NCBI GenBank assembly: GCA_963708135.1
Contig: OY970192.1
Span: forward strand, 1,376,001 to 1,440,000
Length of the DNA: 64,000 nucleotides
Reading direction: 5' to 3'
From: an uncultured Gemmatimonadales bacterium
GTDB lineage: Bacteria; Gemmatimonadota; Gemmatimonadetes; Longimicrobiales; RSA9
Made by a program: the position numbers and the translations under genes. The number at the start of each line of letters is the position of its first letter. Within the stretch, counting starts at the first letter, position 1. Of this stretch, positions 52,746 through 61,828 are shown in pieces. The notes beneath the pieces were generated by a model, which was not told the origin of the DNA, ran no database searches, and saw nothing but the letters and a program-made list of their open reading frames with translations.

Positions 52746-52759
52746 CAGGGGAGTCGCTC

Positions 52760-53785
52760 ATGGCACAGCAAGGGAAGCCGAGGGCCCGCGTCGCGATCAA
52801 CGGCTTCGGCCGGATCGGCCGCAACATTCTTCGCGCCGCCAAGAAGGCCGGCGCTCCGCTGGACTTCGTGGCCGCCAACGACCTCACCGACAGCGCCACC
52901 CTGGCGCACCTGCTGCGCTACGACTCGGTGCACGGGCGCTACCCGGGTACCGTCGAGGTGAGCGGAAACGGTCTCATCGTGGACGGCGACGAGATCCGCG
53001 TCACGACCGAGAAGGAGCCAGGGGCGCTGCCGTGGAAGGACATGGAGGTCGACCTCGTGTTCGAGGCTACGGGCCGCTTCACCAAGCGGGCTGATGCGGC
53101 CAGGCACCTGGAGGCGGGCGCGCGCAAGGTGATCATCACCGCCCCCGGCAAGGGCGAGGACCTCACCATCGTCATGGGGGTGAACCAGGCCGCCTACGAC
53201 CCGGACCGCCACGACGTGGTCAGCAACGCCAGCTGCACCACCAATTGCCTCGTCCCGGTAGTCAAGGTGATCCTGGACTCGTTCGGCTTCGAGCACGGCA
53301 TCATGACCACGGTACATTCCTATACCAACGACCAGCGGATCCTCGATCTGCCCCACAAGGACCTGCGCCGTGCCCGGGCGGCGGCCATGTCGATCATCCC
53401 GACCACCACCGGCGCCGCGCGCGCCACCGGGCTCGTGATCCCGGAGATCGAGGGGAAGATCGACGGCATCGCCATGCGCGTGCCGACCCCGGACGTCTCC
53501 ATCGTGGACCTCACCGCCAACGTCACGCGCGACGTGAGCGTGGACGCCGTGAACGACGCGTTCCGCGCTGCCGCCGCCGGCCCGCTCGCCGGGATCCTCG
53601 CCGTCGCCGACGAGCCGCTCGTCAGCGTAGACTACACCGGCAACCCCGCCAGCTCGATCGTCGACCTGCCCTCCACTCTGGTGGTCGGCGACCGCATGGT
53701 GAAGGTGCTCTCGTGGTACGACAACGAGTGGGGCTACTCCAGCCGCTGCCTTGATCTCGCGCGGTACATGCTCGAGCGGATGTGA
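52760..53785 (+). CDS. gap: Glyceraldehyde-3-phosphate dehydrogenase (type I)
   Basis: [28 protein letters not shown]. Confidence 0.98.
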   Translation: MAQQGKPRARVAINGFGRIGRNILRAAKKAGAPLDFVAANDLTDSATLAHLLRYDSVHGRYPGTVEVSGNGLIVDGDEIRVTTEKEPGALPWKDMEVDLVFEATGRFTKRADAARHLEAGARKVIITAPGKGEDLTIVMGVNQAAYDPDRHDVVSNASCTTNCLVPVVKVILDSFGFEHGIMTTVHSYTNDQRILDLPHKDLRRARAAAMSIIPTTTGAARATGLVIPEIEGKIDGIAMRVPTPDVSIVDLTANVTRDVSVDAVNDAFRAAAAGPLAGILAVADEPLVSVDYTGNPASSIVDLPSTLVVGDRMVKVLSWYDNEWGYSSRCLDLARYMLERM

Positions 53786-53831
53786 TTTTGCAGTAGCGGG
53801 TTGGGAGGTCGAGGTGATGTGACACGCGAAG

Positions 53832-53877
53832 CCGGCGCGAACCGCCATTGACGGGCGGTTCGCGCCGGTGTTACCGT
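53832..53877 (+). promoter_or_regulatory. Perfect 15-bp inverted repeat (possible gap terminator) overlapping a promoter candidate
   Basis: CCGGCGCGAACCGCC-ATTGACG-GGCGGTTCGCGCCGG; TTGACG (in the loop)-18 nt-TACCGT. Confidence 0.55.
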
Positions 53878-53994
53878 TCAGTCGCCATCACGTCATTGCC
53901 CGCGGTGCCTTCGCCCCCTGCGGAGGAGTCCGCCGGAACCCGGCTTGCATCTGGCGCGGCAGGTGAGCTCGCCCGCGCGCGCTGGAGGTGCGAA

Positions 53995-54195
53995 ATGGCG
54001 CTACAGAACAGGGAGTTGTCCGGTACCTATCGCTGCCCCGTCTGCGGGCACCGCGATGCGGCCGAGATCAACAGCGAGGAGTCCTACCGCCTCATCCCGT
54101 GCAGCTACTGCGCGACCCCGCTCGAGATCTGGTCACGGGGATCGGATTCCGTGCGCTTCTCGGTCCAGGTCGCGGAGCAGCGGGCGGTGGGGTGA
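53995..54195 (+). CDS. Small zinc-ribbon protein (66 aa)
   Basis: GGAGG SD; CPVC and CSYC motifs; followed by a clean terminator. Confidence 0.75.
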   Translation: MALQNRELSGTYRCPVCGHRDAAEINSEESYRLIPCSYCATPLEIWSRGSDSVRFSVQVAEQRAVG

Positions 54196-54228
54196 TCCGC
54201 GGAGGGGAAGCTCCCCCGGAGGCGGAGG

Positions 54229-54268
54229 GCGGCCATGGTGCGGCGACGCACCATGGCCGCTTTTCTTT
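54229..54268 (+). terminator. Intrinsic terminator after the zinc-ribbon gene
   Basis: GCGGCCATGGTGCG-GCGA-CGCACCATGGCCGC-TTTTCTTT. Confidence 0.9.
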
Positions 54269-54302
54269 GCGCCCCGGCCCCGCCGCCGCGGTGCGCGCCG
54301 CA

Positions 54303-55214
54303 ATGGTGCGTCTCCTCCGGCTCGCGGGGGCGGACGCGGCGTCGCGCACCGGCCGGGCCGGCGAGGCGCCCATCCATTTTCTGGACTCCGGCCGCGGGCC
54401 CGCGCTGGTCCTGCTGCACGGCGGCGGCGGTGGCGGGGCCAACTGGTACCGCCTCATCCCGGCGCTGTCGCCGACGCACCGGGTCCTTGCGCCGGACCTC
54501 CCCGGGTTTGGACTCACGCCTGCGCTCGCGCCCGAAACCGCCGGACCGCTGTCCCGCACTGGCGCCGCCCTTCTCCTGCGTTGGCTGGACGGGCTCGGCA
54601 TCTCCAGCTTCGATGTGGCGGGCACATCCTACGGCGGACTCCTCGCGTTGCGTCTGGCGCAGGCGCGGCCGCAGACGGTGCGCCGCCTCATCCTGCTCGA
54701 CAGCGCGGGCCTGGGGGCCGCCATGCCCTGGCGCGTGCGCCTGGCGACGCTGCGCGGGCTGCGCCGCCTGCTCGCGCGGCCCCGCCGCGAGGGCACCCGC
54801 TGGCTGTTCCGCTCGCTGCTCGTGGCTCGGCCGGAGGCCCTGCCCGCCGGCCATGCGGACGCGCTGCTGGAGTACCTGTGGGCCAGTGCGGCGGCGGCGC
54901 CCCCGGGCTGGCTCGCCCGCGTCCTCGCCGGCTTCGGTGGCCTGGGCGGCCAGAGAGAGGTGGTCCCGCCGGCGGAGCTCTCCGCCATCCACCAGCCTAC
55001 GCTCCTGGTATGGGGCGCGCGCGATGCCTTCTTCCCCCTCGCCCATGCGCGGGCCGCCGCCGAGGCGCTGCCGCGCGGGTTGCTCCGGGTCATCCCGGCG
55101 GCCGGCCACTCGCCCAACTGGGAGACGCCGGAGGAGGTCGCCGCGGCGGCCGGCGCCTTCCTGCCGACCAGGCCGCCGCCGCTTGATGCGAGCCTTCGGC
55201 CCGCGCTACGTTAG
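54303..55214 (+). CDS. Alpha/beta-fold hydrolase
   Basis: LVLLHGG, APDLPGFG, nucleophile GTSYGG, WGARD, AGHSP; start placed after the terminator. Confidence 0.88.
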   Translation: MVRLLRLAGADAASRTGRAGEAPIHFLDSGRGPALVLLHGGGGGGANWYRLIPALSPTHRVLAPDLPGFGLTPALAPETAGPLSRTGAALLLRWLDGLGISSFDVAGTSYGGLLALRLAQARPQTVRRLILLDSAGLGAAMPWRVRLATLRGLRRLLARPRREGTRWLFRSLLVARPEALPAGHADALLEYLWASAAAAPPGWLARVLAGFGGLGGQREVVPPAELSAIHQPTLLVWGARDAFFPLAHARAAAEALPRGLLRVIPAAGHSPNWETPEEVAAAAGAFLPTRPPPLDASLRPALR

Positions 55215-55274
55215 CCTTCCGGCCGCGCTCGGCGGCCGCCACACGACTGGATCGAGAGACGGGATGGGACGGGG

Positions 55275-56489
55275 ATGAACAGGAAGACGGTGAAGGATCT
55301 GCCCGATGCGGCGCTGGACGGGAAGCGGGTCCTGGTGCGGGTGGATTACAACGTGCCGCTGGAGGAGGGCCGGGTCACCGACGACACGAGGATCCGGGCC
55401 ACGCTACCCACGGTGGAGTATCTCACCGCGCGCGGTGCGCGCGTGGTGCTGATCTCCCATCTCGGCCGTCCCGGGGGCGAATGGAACGAGAAGTACTCGG
55501 TGCGTCCGGCGGCGGAGCGCCTCAGAGAGCTGCTCGATGCGCCGGTCCGGTTCGTCGCCGATGTCGTGGGCGCCGAGGCTCATGGCGCCGTGGATGCCCT
55601 CGAGCCCGGGTCGGTGCTCGTGCTCGAGAACTCGCGCTTCCTGGCCGGCGAGGAAACCAACGATCCGAAGCTCGCCGAGGCGCTGGCGGCCCTGGCGGAC
55701 GTGTACGTGGATGACGCATTCGGTGCCGCGCACCGGGCGCATGCCACCACGGTCGGCGTCGCGGAGGTCATGCGCGCCGAGGGCAGGCCAGCCGTGGCGG
55801 GACTTCTCATGGAGCGCGAGCTCCGTTTCCTGGGCGGCGTGCTCGAGAAGCCCGAGCACCCGTTCGTCGCGATTCTCGGCGGCGCGAAGATCTCCGGGAA
55901 GATCGACGTGATCGAGAGCCTCCTGCCGCGCGTGGACCGGCTGCTGATCGGCGGTGCCATGGCGAATACCTTCTTCCGCGCGCTCGGCCTGGAGACCGGC
56001 GCCTCGCTGGTGGAGCAGGATCGCGTGGACATGGCCCGCGCTCTCCTCGACCGCGCCGGGGACAGCCTGGCCCTGCCGGTCAACTGCGTCGTCGCCACCG
56101 AGGCCAGCGCCGATGCCCGCTCCTGGATCGTTCCGCGAGACGCGGTGCCGGCGGAGGCCAAGATCCTGGACATCGGCCCGCGCAGCGTGGCGACCTTCCG
56201 CGAGCTCATGCACGCCGCGCGCACGATCGTCTGGAACGGGCCCATGGGACTCTTCGAGATCGAGGCCTTCAGCCGCGGTACCGATGGCATCGCCCGCGCC
56301 GTGGCCGACGCGACGGAGCGCGGCGCCACCTCCGTGATCGGCGGCGGCGACACGGTGGCCGCGGTCGAGTCCGCCGGCCTGGCGGCACGGATGACCCACA
56401 TCTCGACGGGCGGCGGGGCTTCGCTCGAGTTCCTTGAGGGGCGGACGCTCCCCGGCGTGGCCGTCCTGGACGATCGGGAGGACGCATGA
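55275..56489 (+). CDS. pgk: Phosphoglycerate kinase
   Basis: RVDYNVP, SHLGRP, DAFGAAHR, GGAKISGKI, WNGPMG, STGGGASLE. Confidence 0.98.
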   Translation: MNRKTVKDLPDAALDGKRVLVRVDYNVPLEEGRVTDDTRIRATLPTVEYLTARGARVVLISHLGRPGGEWNEKYSVRPAAERLRELLDAPVRFVADVVGAEAHGAVDALEPGSVLVLENSRFLAGEETNDPKLAEALAALADVYVDDAFGAAHRAHATTVGVAEVMRAEGRPAVAGLLMERELRFLGGVLEKPEHPFVAILGGAKISGKIDVIESLLPRVDRLLIGGAMANTFFRALGLETGASLVEQDRVDMARALLDRAGDSLALPVNCVVATEASADARSWIVPRDAVPAEAKILDIGPRSVATFRELMHAARTIVWNGPMGLFEIEAFSRGTDGIARAVADATERGATSVIGGGDTVAAVESAGLAARMTHISTGGGASLEFLEGRTLPGVAVLDDREDA

Positions 56490-57274
56490 GCCCGCCGCAC
56501 AGGCGGCCGGTCATCGCCGGTAACTGGAAGATGAACAAGGGGCCGGGCGAGACCGCCAGCTTCTTCAATGCGTTCGGGGCGGCCGTCCCGCCGCACGAGG
56601 ACCGCACCATCATCTTCTTCCCGCCCGCCGTCAGCCTCGCTCCAGCGGCCCGCGCGCTCGTCAACCGGCCCGACCTTCTGCTCGGCGTCCAGAACATCCA
56701 CTGGGAGCCGTCCGGGGCCTTCACCGGCGAGACCGGCGGCCCCATGGCGCGGGAGGCGGGCGCCCGTTTCGCCCTCGTCGGGCACTCCGAGCGCCGCCAC
56801 CTGTTCGGTGAATCCGACGAGGACGTGGCCCGAAAGGCTGCCGCCGCCGCGGAAGCCGGCCTGACCCCGATCGTCTGCGTCGGAGAACTGCTCGAGGAGC
56901 GCCGTGCGGGGGCGGTCGAGGCGGTTCTGCTGAGGCAGCTCGGACCCGTGCTCGAGGCGGTGACGCCGGACGTCCTCGCCTCCGCGCTCCTTGCCTACGA
57001 GCCCGTCTGGGCGATCGGCACCGGCGTGAACGCGACCCCCAACGACGCATCCGAGGCGCACGCCATCCTGCGCGCGCGACTCGCCGAGCATCTCGGCCGT
57101 GACGCCGCGGATGCGCTCCCGATCCTGTACGGCGGCTCGGTCAAGCCGGACAACGCGGCCGCGTTGCTGGCGGCCGAAGGCGTCGATGGCGTCCTCGTCG
57201 GCGGCGCGAGCCTCGATCCGACGAGCTTCGCGGCCATCGCGACGGTGCCGGCTTCGCGGGACGCGTCGCCTTGA
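56486..57274 (+). CDS. tpiA: Triosephosphate isomerase
   Basis: AGNWKM, GHSERR, AYEPVWAIGTG, YGGSV, GGASL. Confidence 0.98.
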   Translation: MSPPHRRPVIAGNWKMNKGPGETASFFNAFGAAVPPHEDRTIIFFPPAVSLAPAARALVNRPDLLLGVQNIHWEPSGAFTGETGGPMAREAGARFALVGHSERRHLFGESDEDVARKAAAAAEAGLTPIVCVGELLEERRAGAVEAVLLRQLGPVLEAVTPDVLASALLAYEPVWAIGTGVNATPNDASEAHAILRARLAEHLGRDAADALPILYGGSVKPDNAAALLAAEGVDGVLVGGASLDPTSFAAIATVPASRDASP

Positions 57275-57340
57275 CGCAGCCCGAGGTCACCGCGATCTTT
57301 ACGGGTTGTCGTTCCCGGGAAAACACGGAGAAAAGTCACG

Positions 57341-57751
57341 GTGTTTACGGCGCTTCTGGTCCTGCTCATCCTCGATGGTCTGCTGCTCATGGTCATCATC
57401 CTCCTCCAGTCGGGGAAGGGCGATGGGCTCGCCGCGATGGGCGGCGGTGTGAGCACCACGGACAGCTTCATGGGCGGGCGACAGGCGGCCACCCTGCTGA
57501 CAAAGGCAACCTGGAGCATGGGCGCCCTGTTCATGGTGCTGGCGTTCGCGCTCTCGATCATGTCCTCGCGCGCGCAGCAGCCGAAGTCGATCCTGCGAGG
57601 CGAGTTCCAGCAGCAGACGGCGCCCGCTCCGCAGCCGGTGATCCCTGGAGCGCAGCCAGCTACGCCGAAGGGCCAGGCCGGTGCGGGTACGGCCCAGCCG
57701 AAGGCGGGCGCGACTCCGGCGCCACAGGGGGCGACTCCGCCGAAGAAGTAG
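57341..57751 (+). CDS. secG: Preprotein translocase subunit SecG
   Basis: ILLQSGKGDGLAAMGGG, LTKAT, two TM segments; follows tpiA. Confidence 0.93.
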   Translation: MFTALLVLLILDGLLLMVIILLQSGKGDGLAAMGGGVSTTDSFMGGRQAATLLTKATWSMGALFMVLAFALSIMSSRAQQPKSILRGEFQQQTAPAPQPVIPGAQPATPKGQAGAGTAQPKAGATPAPQGATPPKK

Positions 57752-57757
57752 CGGGCG

Positions 57758-57985
57758 TCAGGGCGCCGGCGGAGTTTCCGGGTAGCCGCGGGTGATGCTG
57801 TAGCGGGTCTCGTATGGGCCGAGCGCGCCGCGCCGCGCCCGCGTGAGGAAGGGATAGGGCTCGCTTCGAGCCGGCACGGACGCCTCGCCGGAGCCGGACT
57901 GGCTTCCGCGGGGCGTCGTCTCGCCGGGACGATTGTTCCGCTCGATGATCAGGCGGGTGCGCCGGTCCGTGAGCTTCCGTCTCAT
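57758..57985 (-). CDS. Small basic hypothetical protein (75 aa)
   Basis: GGAGAG SD, ATG 57985, fits the gap after secG without overlap, upstream promoter candidate. Confidence 0.5.
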   Translation of the reverse strand: MRRKLTDRRTRLIIERNNRPGETTPRGSQSGSGEASVPARSEPYPFLTRARRGALGPYETRYSITRGYPETPPAP

Positions 57986-58013
57986 GGCGCCGCTCTCCGT
58001 AGGATACAGACGA

Positions 58014-58047
58014 AAGGCGCCGGGACCCGCTCGGGTCCCGGCGCCTT
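58014..58047 (-). terminator. Perfect 15-bp hairpin in the leader of the small ORF
   Basis: AAGGCGCCGGGACCC-GCTC-GGGTCCCGGCGCCTT; on the minus strand it runs into TTTCGTCTGT. Confidence 0.65.
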
Positions 58048-58096
58048 CGCATGCGCGGCACGGCGCGCCTGCGCCGCCCGCTCTGAGCCACGCTCG

Positions 58097-58125
58097 AAGA
58101 TAGCGGATCGCAGGGGAGGTCTCAA
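58097..58125 (-). promoter_or_regulatory. Minus-strand sigma70 promoter candidate, divergent from the E1beta promoter candidate (TTGACT-18 nt-CATTAT, 58161-58190)
   Basis: TTGAGA-17 nt-TATCTT. Confidence 0.6.
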
Positions 58126-58240
58126 GGCCCGCCGGGGAACGCAAAGCGCGCCGTCGCGGCTTGACTGCCGGCTCCGCGGCCGCCCATTATGTCGCTCTCA
58201 CGCGGGGATTCGGGTCGCTGCGCCAGTCGAAGGAGCTCGC

Positions 58241-59293
58241 ATGGCCACCGTTTCTGGGCCGCGCACGCGCGTGGCGGAGAAACCGGAGCACGTCAGGCAT
58301 ACTGAGGAGGGCCGTCCGGTCACGTTTCTGGAGGCCATCCGCGAGGCGCTGTGGGAGGAGATGGAGCGGGATGCGTCGGTCCTCCTGATGGGCGAGGACA
58401 TCGGCGTCTACGGCGGCGCGTTCAAGATGACGGATGGCTTCCTGGCGCGGTTCGGCGAATCCCGAGTGGTGGACACGCCGATCAGCGAAGGCGGCTTCAC
58501 GGGAGCGGCGGCGGGCGCGGCGCACATGGGGCTCCGGCCGGTGGTCGAGATGCAGTTCATGGACTTCGTGGCGTGCGCGTACGAGACGCTGACGAACTAC
58601 ATCGCGACCTCGCGCTGGCGCGGCGCCGGCCCGCTCCCGCTGGTGGTCCGGGGTCCCGTGGGAGGTGGGGTGCGCGGTGGACCGTTCCACTCCCAGAACC
58701 CGGAGATGGCGTTCTTCCACACGCCCGGGCTCAAGATCGTCTACCCGGCCACCACGCGCGATGCCAAGGGGCTCCTCAAGGCGGCGATCCGCGATGACGA
58801 TCCCGTGCTCTTCTTCGAGCACAAGAAGCTGTACCGGATGCCCGCTCTGCGTGAGGTGCTGCCGCCCGGCGACTACGTGGAGCCGCTCGGCAAGGCGCGG
58901 CTGGAGCGCGAGGGTCGCGACGTCACCGTCGTCGCATACGGGATGATGGTGCACGAGGCGCGCAATGCCGCGGAACAGCTTGCCGCGGAGGACGGAATCG
59001 AGGTCGAGGTCCTCGACTTGCGAACGCTGCTCCCGCTGGATGAGGCGGCGATCGTGAAGAGCGTGCAGAAGACGGGGCGGCTCCTGATCGCGCACGAGGA
59101 CACGCGCACGGGAGGCCTCGCCGGCGAGATCGCCATGCGGGTGAGCGAGCAGGCGTTCGAATGGCTGGACGCGCCGATGCTGCGGGTCACCGCGATCGAT
59201 GCGCCCGTCCCGTACGCCGCGGCGATGGAGGACTACTTCCTCCCGCACGCAGCCGACATCGTGGATGCGTGCCGTTACCTGGCCCGCTACTAG
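58241..59293 (+). CDS. 2-oxoacid dehydrogenase E1 beta subunit
   Basis: GEDIGVYGGAF, DTPISE, EMQFMDF, HSQNPE, FFEHK, DLRTL. Confidence 0.93.
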   Translation: MATVSGPRTRVAEKPEHVRHTEEGRPVTFLEAIREALWEEMERDASVLLMGEDIGVYGGAFKMTDGFLARFGESRVVDTPISEGGFTGAAAGAAHMGLRPVVEMQFMDFVACAYETLTNYIATSRWRGAGPLPLVVRGPVGGGVRGGPFHSQNPEMAFFHTPGLKIVYPATTRDAKGLLKAAIRDDDPVLFFEHKKLYRMPALREVLPPGDYVEPLGKARLEREGRDVTVVAYGMMVHEARNAAEQLAAEDGIEVEVLDLRTLLPLDEAAIVKSVQKTGRLLIAHEDTRTGGLAGEIAMRVSEQAFEWLDAPMLRVTAIDAPVPYAAAMEDYFLPHAADIVDACRYLARY

Positions 59294-59315
59294 AGAGAAC
59301 ACTCCGGAGTCGAAC

Positions 59316-60707
59316 ATGGCCCGAATCGAAGTGTCAATGCCACAGATGGGGGAATCGATCGCGGAAGGCACCGTGTCGAAATGGCTCAAGCAGCCGGGCG
59401 ACGCCGTAGCGCGCGACGAGCCGCTGCTCGAGATCTCGACCGACAAGGTGGACGCGGAGGTTCCTTCTCCGGCCGCCGGAGTGCTCGCGGAGATCGCGGT
59501 GCAGGAGGGCCAGACGGTCGAGGTCGGCACCGTGGTCGGCTACATTGAGACCGAGAAGGGAGCCGCGGCCGAGAAGGCGCCGCCGGCCGCCGAGCCGCCA
59601 GCCGCCGAGCCGGAGCCCGCTCCCGCGGCGGCTGCGGCTCCGGCCGCGGCCGCGCCCCCCGCCGCGCCGGAGCCGGCGCCGACGGCGGCTGCCCCCGGAG
59701 GGCAGGGCGATGGGCGAACCGAGAGCGCGGAGGAACGCCTCCGCCGCCGGTCCACCCCGGTGGTGCGCCGGATCGCGGCGGAGCACGGCGTGGACCTGGC
59801 GCAGGTGACGGGCACCGGCCACGCGGGCCGGGTCACCAAGCAGGACATCATGGCCTTCCTCGAGAGCCCGGTCCAGGGGGGTGGAGCGCCGCCGCCTGTG
59901 ACCGCGGCGCCGCCCGTGCCGGCCAAGGCTGCCGGAGCGCCGGCCTCGATGGATCAGTTCTGGGAGGCGTTCTACGGTCGCGTGCAGCATCCGGAGTTCC
60001 CGGTGCGGGCGGGCGACCGGGTCGAGCCAATGGACCGGATCCGCAGGCTGACGGCGGACCACATGGTGCGGGCGAAGCGGATCGCGCCGCACGTGCACTC
60101 CTTCATCGAGATCGACTTCACGGCCATCGACCGGGTCCGCTCCGCGAACAGGGAACGCTGGGAGCAGCAGGGCGTGAAGGTGAGCTACACGGCCTTCGTG
60201 GCCTGGGCCTGCGCGCGCATGCTGCAGCGCTTCCCGATGGTGAACGGTACCATCTCGGGCGAGAACATCATCTACCGTGGCGACATCAATCTCGGCATCG
60301 CCGTGGACCTGAATCCCGGACTGATCGTGCCGGTGATCAAGAACGCCGACGAGCTGAACCTGATCGGGATCGCGAAGCGTGTGGCCGACCTGGCGCAGCG
60401 CGCCCGCAACCGGCAGCTCAAGCCCGACGAGATCCAGGGCGCGACCTTCTCGATCACCAACCCCGGGGTGCTCGGGACGATCGTCGGCATGCCAGTCATC
60501 CCGGAGGGCACCTCCGCCATCCTCGGGACCGGCGTGATCGAGAAGCGCGCGGTCGTGATCGATGTCGACGGGGCGGACGCGATCGCCGTGCGGAAGCGGG
60601 CGTTCTTCTCGCTGGGCTACGACCACCGGCTCGTGGACGGGGCGGACGCCGCCCGCTTCCTGGCCGAGCTGAAGGCCCTGCTCGAAGCGTTTCCCGAGGA
60701 CGCATGA
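59316..60707 (+). CDS. 2-oxoacid dehydrogenase E2 (dihydrolipoamide acyltransferase)
   Basis: Lipoyl domain STDKVD, E3-binding TPVVRRIAAEHGVDL..GRVTKQD, catalytic DHRLVDG. Confidence 0.93.
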   Translation: MARIEVSMPQMGESIAEGTVSKWLKQPGDAVARDEPLLEISTDKVDAEVPSPAAGVLAEIAVQEGQTVEVGTVVGYIETEKGAAAEKAPPAAEPPAAEPEPAPAAAAAPAAAAPPAAPEPAPTAAAPGGQGDGRTESAEERLRRRSTPVVRRIAAEHGVDLAQVTGTGHAGRVTKQDIMAFLESPVQGGGAPPPVTAAPPVPAKAAGAPASMDQFWEAFYGRVQHPEFPVRAGDRVEPMDRIRRLTADHMVRAKRIAPHVHSFIEIDFTAIDRVRSANRERWEQQGVKVSYTAFVAWACARMLQRFPMVNGTISGENIIYRGDINLGIAVDLNPGLIVPVIKNADELNLIGIAKRVADLAQRARNRQLKPDEIQGATFSITNPGVLGTIVGMPVIPEGTSAILGTGVIEKRAVVIDVDGADAIAVRKRAFFSLGYDHRLVDGADAARFLAELKALLEAFPEDA

Positions 60708-61468
60708 GCAGCCCGGCGGGCCTCGGCACCGCCCTCGCCCGGCGGCCCGAGCCGGCCGGGAACGCGATGCCGCGGGTCCTCGAGGTCTGTCGCCTCGGCA
60801 CGGTGGAATACGGCGAGGCCCTGGCGCTGCAGGACACGCTGGTCCGTCGCCGTCGCGCGCGGGAGATTCCCGACCAGCTGCTCCTCCTCGAGCATCCGCA
60901 CGTGATCACCCTCGGTGCCGCCGCCCGAGAGGAGCACGTGCTGCTCGATGCCGCCGAGCGCCGGCTCCTCGACATCGCGCTCTTCGAGACAGGGCGGGGA
61001 GGCGATGTCACCTACCACGGGCCGGGGCAGCTCGTGGGCTACCCGATCCTCGACCTCAAGCCCGACCGTCGCGACCTGCACCGCTACGTCCGCGACATCG
61101 AGGAGGCGCTCATCCGCGCCCTCGTGACCTTCGGGATTGCGGGCGGCCGGCGGCCGGGCCTCACCGGCGTCTGGGTCGGCGATGAGAAGGTCGTCGCCAT
61201 CGGGGTCCGCGTCTCCAGCGGCTGGATCACCTCGCACGGGTTCGCCTTCAACGTCGACCCCCGCCTCGAGTTCTTCGACGCGATTGTGCCGTGCGGGATC
61301 CGGGAGTTCGGCGTCACCTCGCTCGCCCGGCTGCTGGGGCGACCGGTCCCGGTCGACGCGGTCATGGAGCCGGTCATCGAGGCCTTCAGCGAGGTGTTCG
61401 GACGGGTCGCGCGCGCCGGGGGCCGAACTCCCCCCGAAGGACTTGAAGCCGGGGCCGATCTCGGCTAG
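60704..61468 (+). CDS. lipB: Lipoyl(octanoyl) transferase (start may be 60767)
   Basis: LLEHPHVITLG, RGGDVTYHGPGQLVGYP, HGFAFN, IVPCG. Confidence 0.95.
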   Translation: MSSPAGLGTALARRPEPAGNAMPRVLEVCRLGTVEYGEALALQDTLVRRRRAREIPDQLLLLEHPHVITLGAAAREEHVLLDAAERRLLDIALFETGRGGDVTYHGPGQLVGYPILDLKPDRRDLHRYVRDIEEALIRALVTFGIAGGRRPGLTGVWVGDEKVVAIGVRVSSGWITSHGFAFNVDPRLEFFDAIVPCGIREFGVTSLARLLGRPVPVDAVMEPVIEAFSEVFGRVARAGGRTPPEGLEAGADLG

Positions 61469-61471
61469 CTT
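61443..61471 (+). promoter_or_regulatory. Sigma70 promoter candidate at the lipB 3' end, facing a gene-free region
   Basis: TTGAAG-17 nt-TAGCTT. Confidence 0.55.
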
Positions 61472-61477
61472 GTCAGC

Positions 61478-61773
61478 ACGCGTTCGGGAGTCGCGGTCGA
61501 TCTCCTGGATGTGGCCGGGCCGGCGGACGTCGCCGGACGGCGTGCTCGGAAGGGAGTTCGGCCCTGACGAGACGGCTGCGGGGTCGCTGGTCGCAGCCGA
61601 AGCCCCACGAGCTCGGGGCGGCCTCGAACGCAGACCGCGCGCTACGAGGTGAGGGATTCGTTACCAGACCGCCGCACGCGGTGGTGAACCGGAACGAAGG
61701 AACGATCCCGCCAGCGGAAAGAAGCCCCCAGAACGCTGCGTGTCAGCGCCTGGGGGCTTCTCACATCCGGGAG
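61478..61773 (+). ncRNA. Candidate structured non-coding RNA, family not recognised
   Basis: Promoter candidate, several hairpins, two long-range helices, terminal hairpin; no credible ORF in the 360-nt gap. Confidence 0.55.
61720..61761. terminator. Possibly bidirectional terminator between the candidate ncRNA and rnhA
   Basis: AGAAGCCCCCAG...CTGGGGGCTTCT; U-rich tail is better on the minus (rnhA) strand. Confidence 0.65.
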
Positions 61774-61828
61774 GCACTCTCTCACCGCGCGGCCTCACGC
61801 CACCGGTGGCGCGCGCGCCCCTCCGCTG

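Noticed and set aside
53988..54302. N-terminal extension of the alpha/beta hydrolase in the ORF track
   Set aside because: Overlaps the zinc-ribbon gene and crosses a clear intrinsic terminator
57660..58091. 143-aa minus ORF starting near the predicted start site (possible leaderless gene)
   Set aside because: Arg-rich shadow composition, runs through the hairpin and overlaps secG antisense; the SD-led 75-aa ORF is more plausible
61556..61630. Hammerhead-like core CTGACGA...GAAG three-way junction inside the candidate ncRNA
   Set aside because: Has GAAG instead of GAAA, no A15.1-U16.1 pair or NUH cleavage triplet, and stem II is out of register
61509..61652. 47-codon ORF MWPGRRTS... inside the candidate ncRNA
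   Set aside because: No properly spaced SD and shadow-like composition; RNA structure explains the region better
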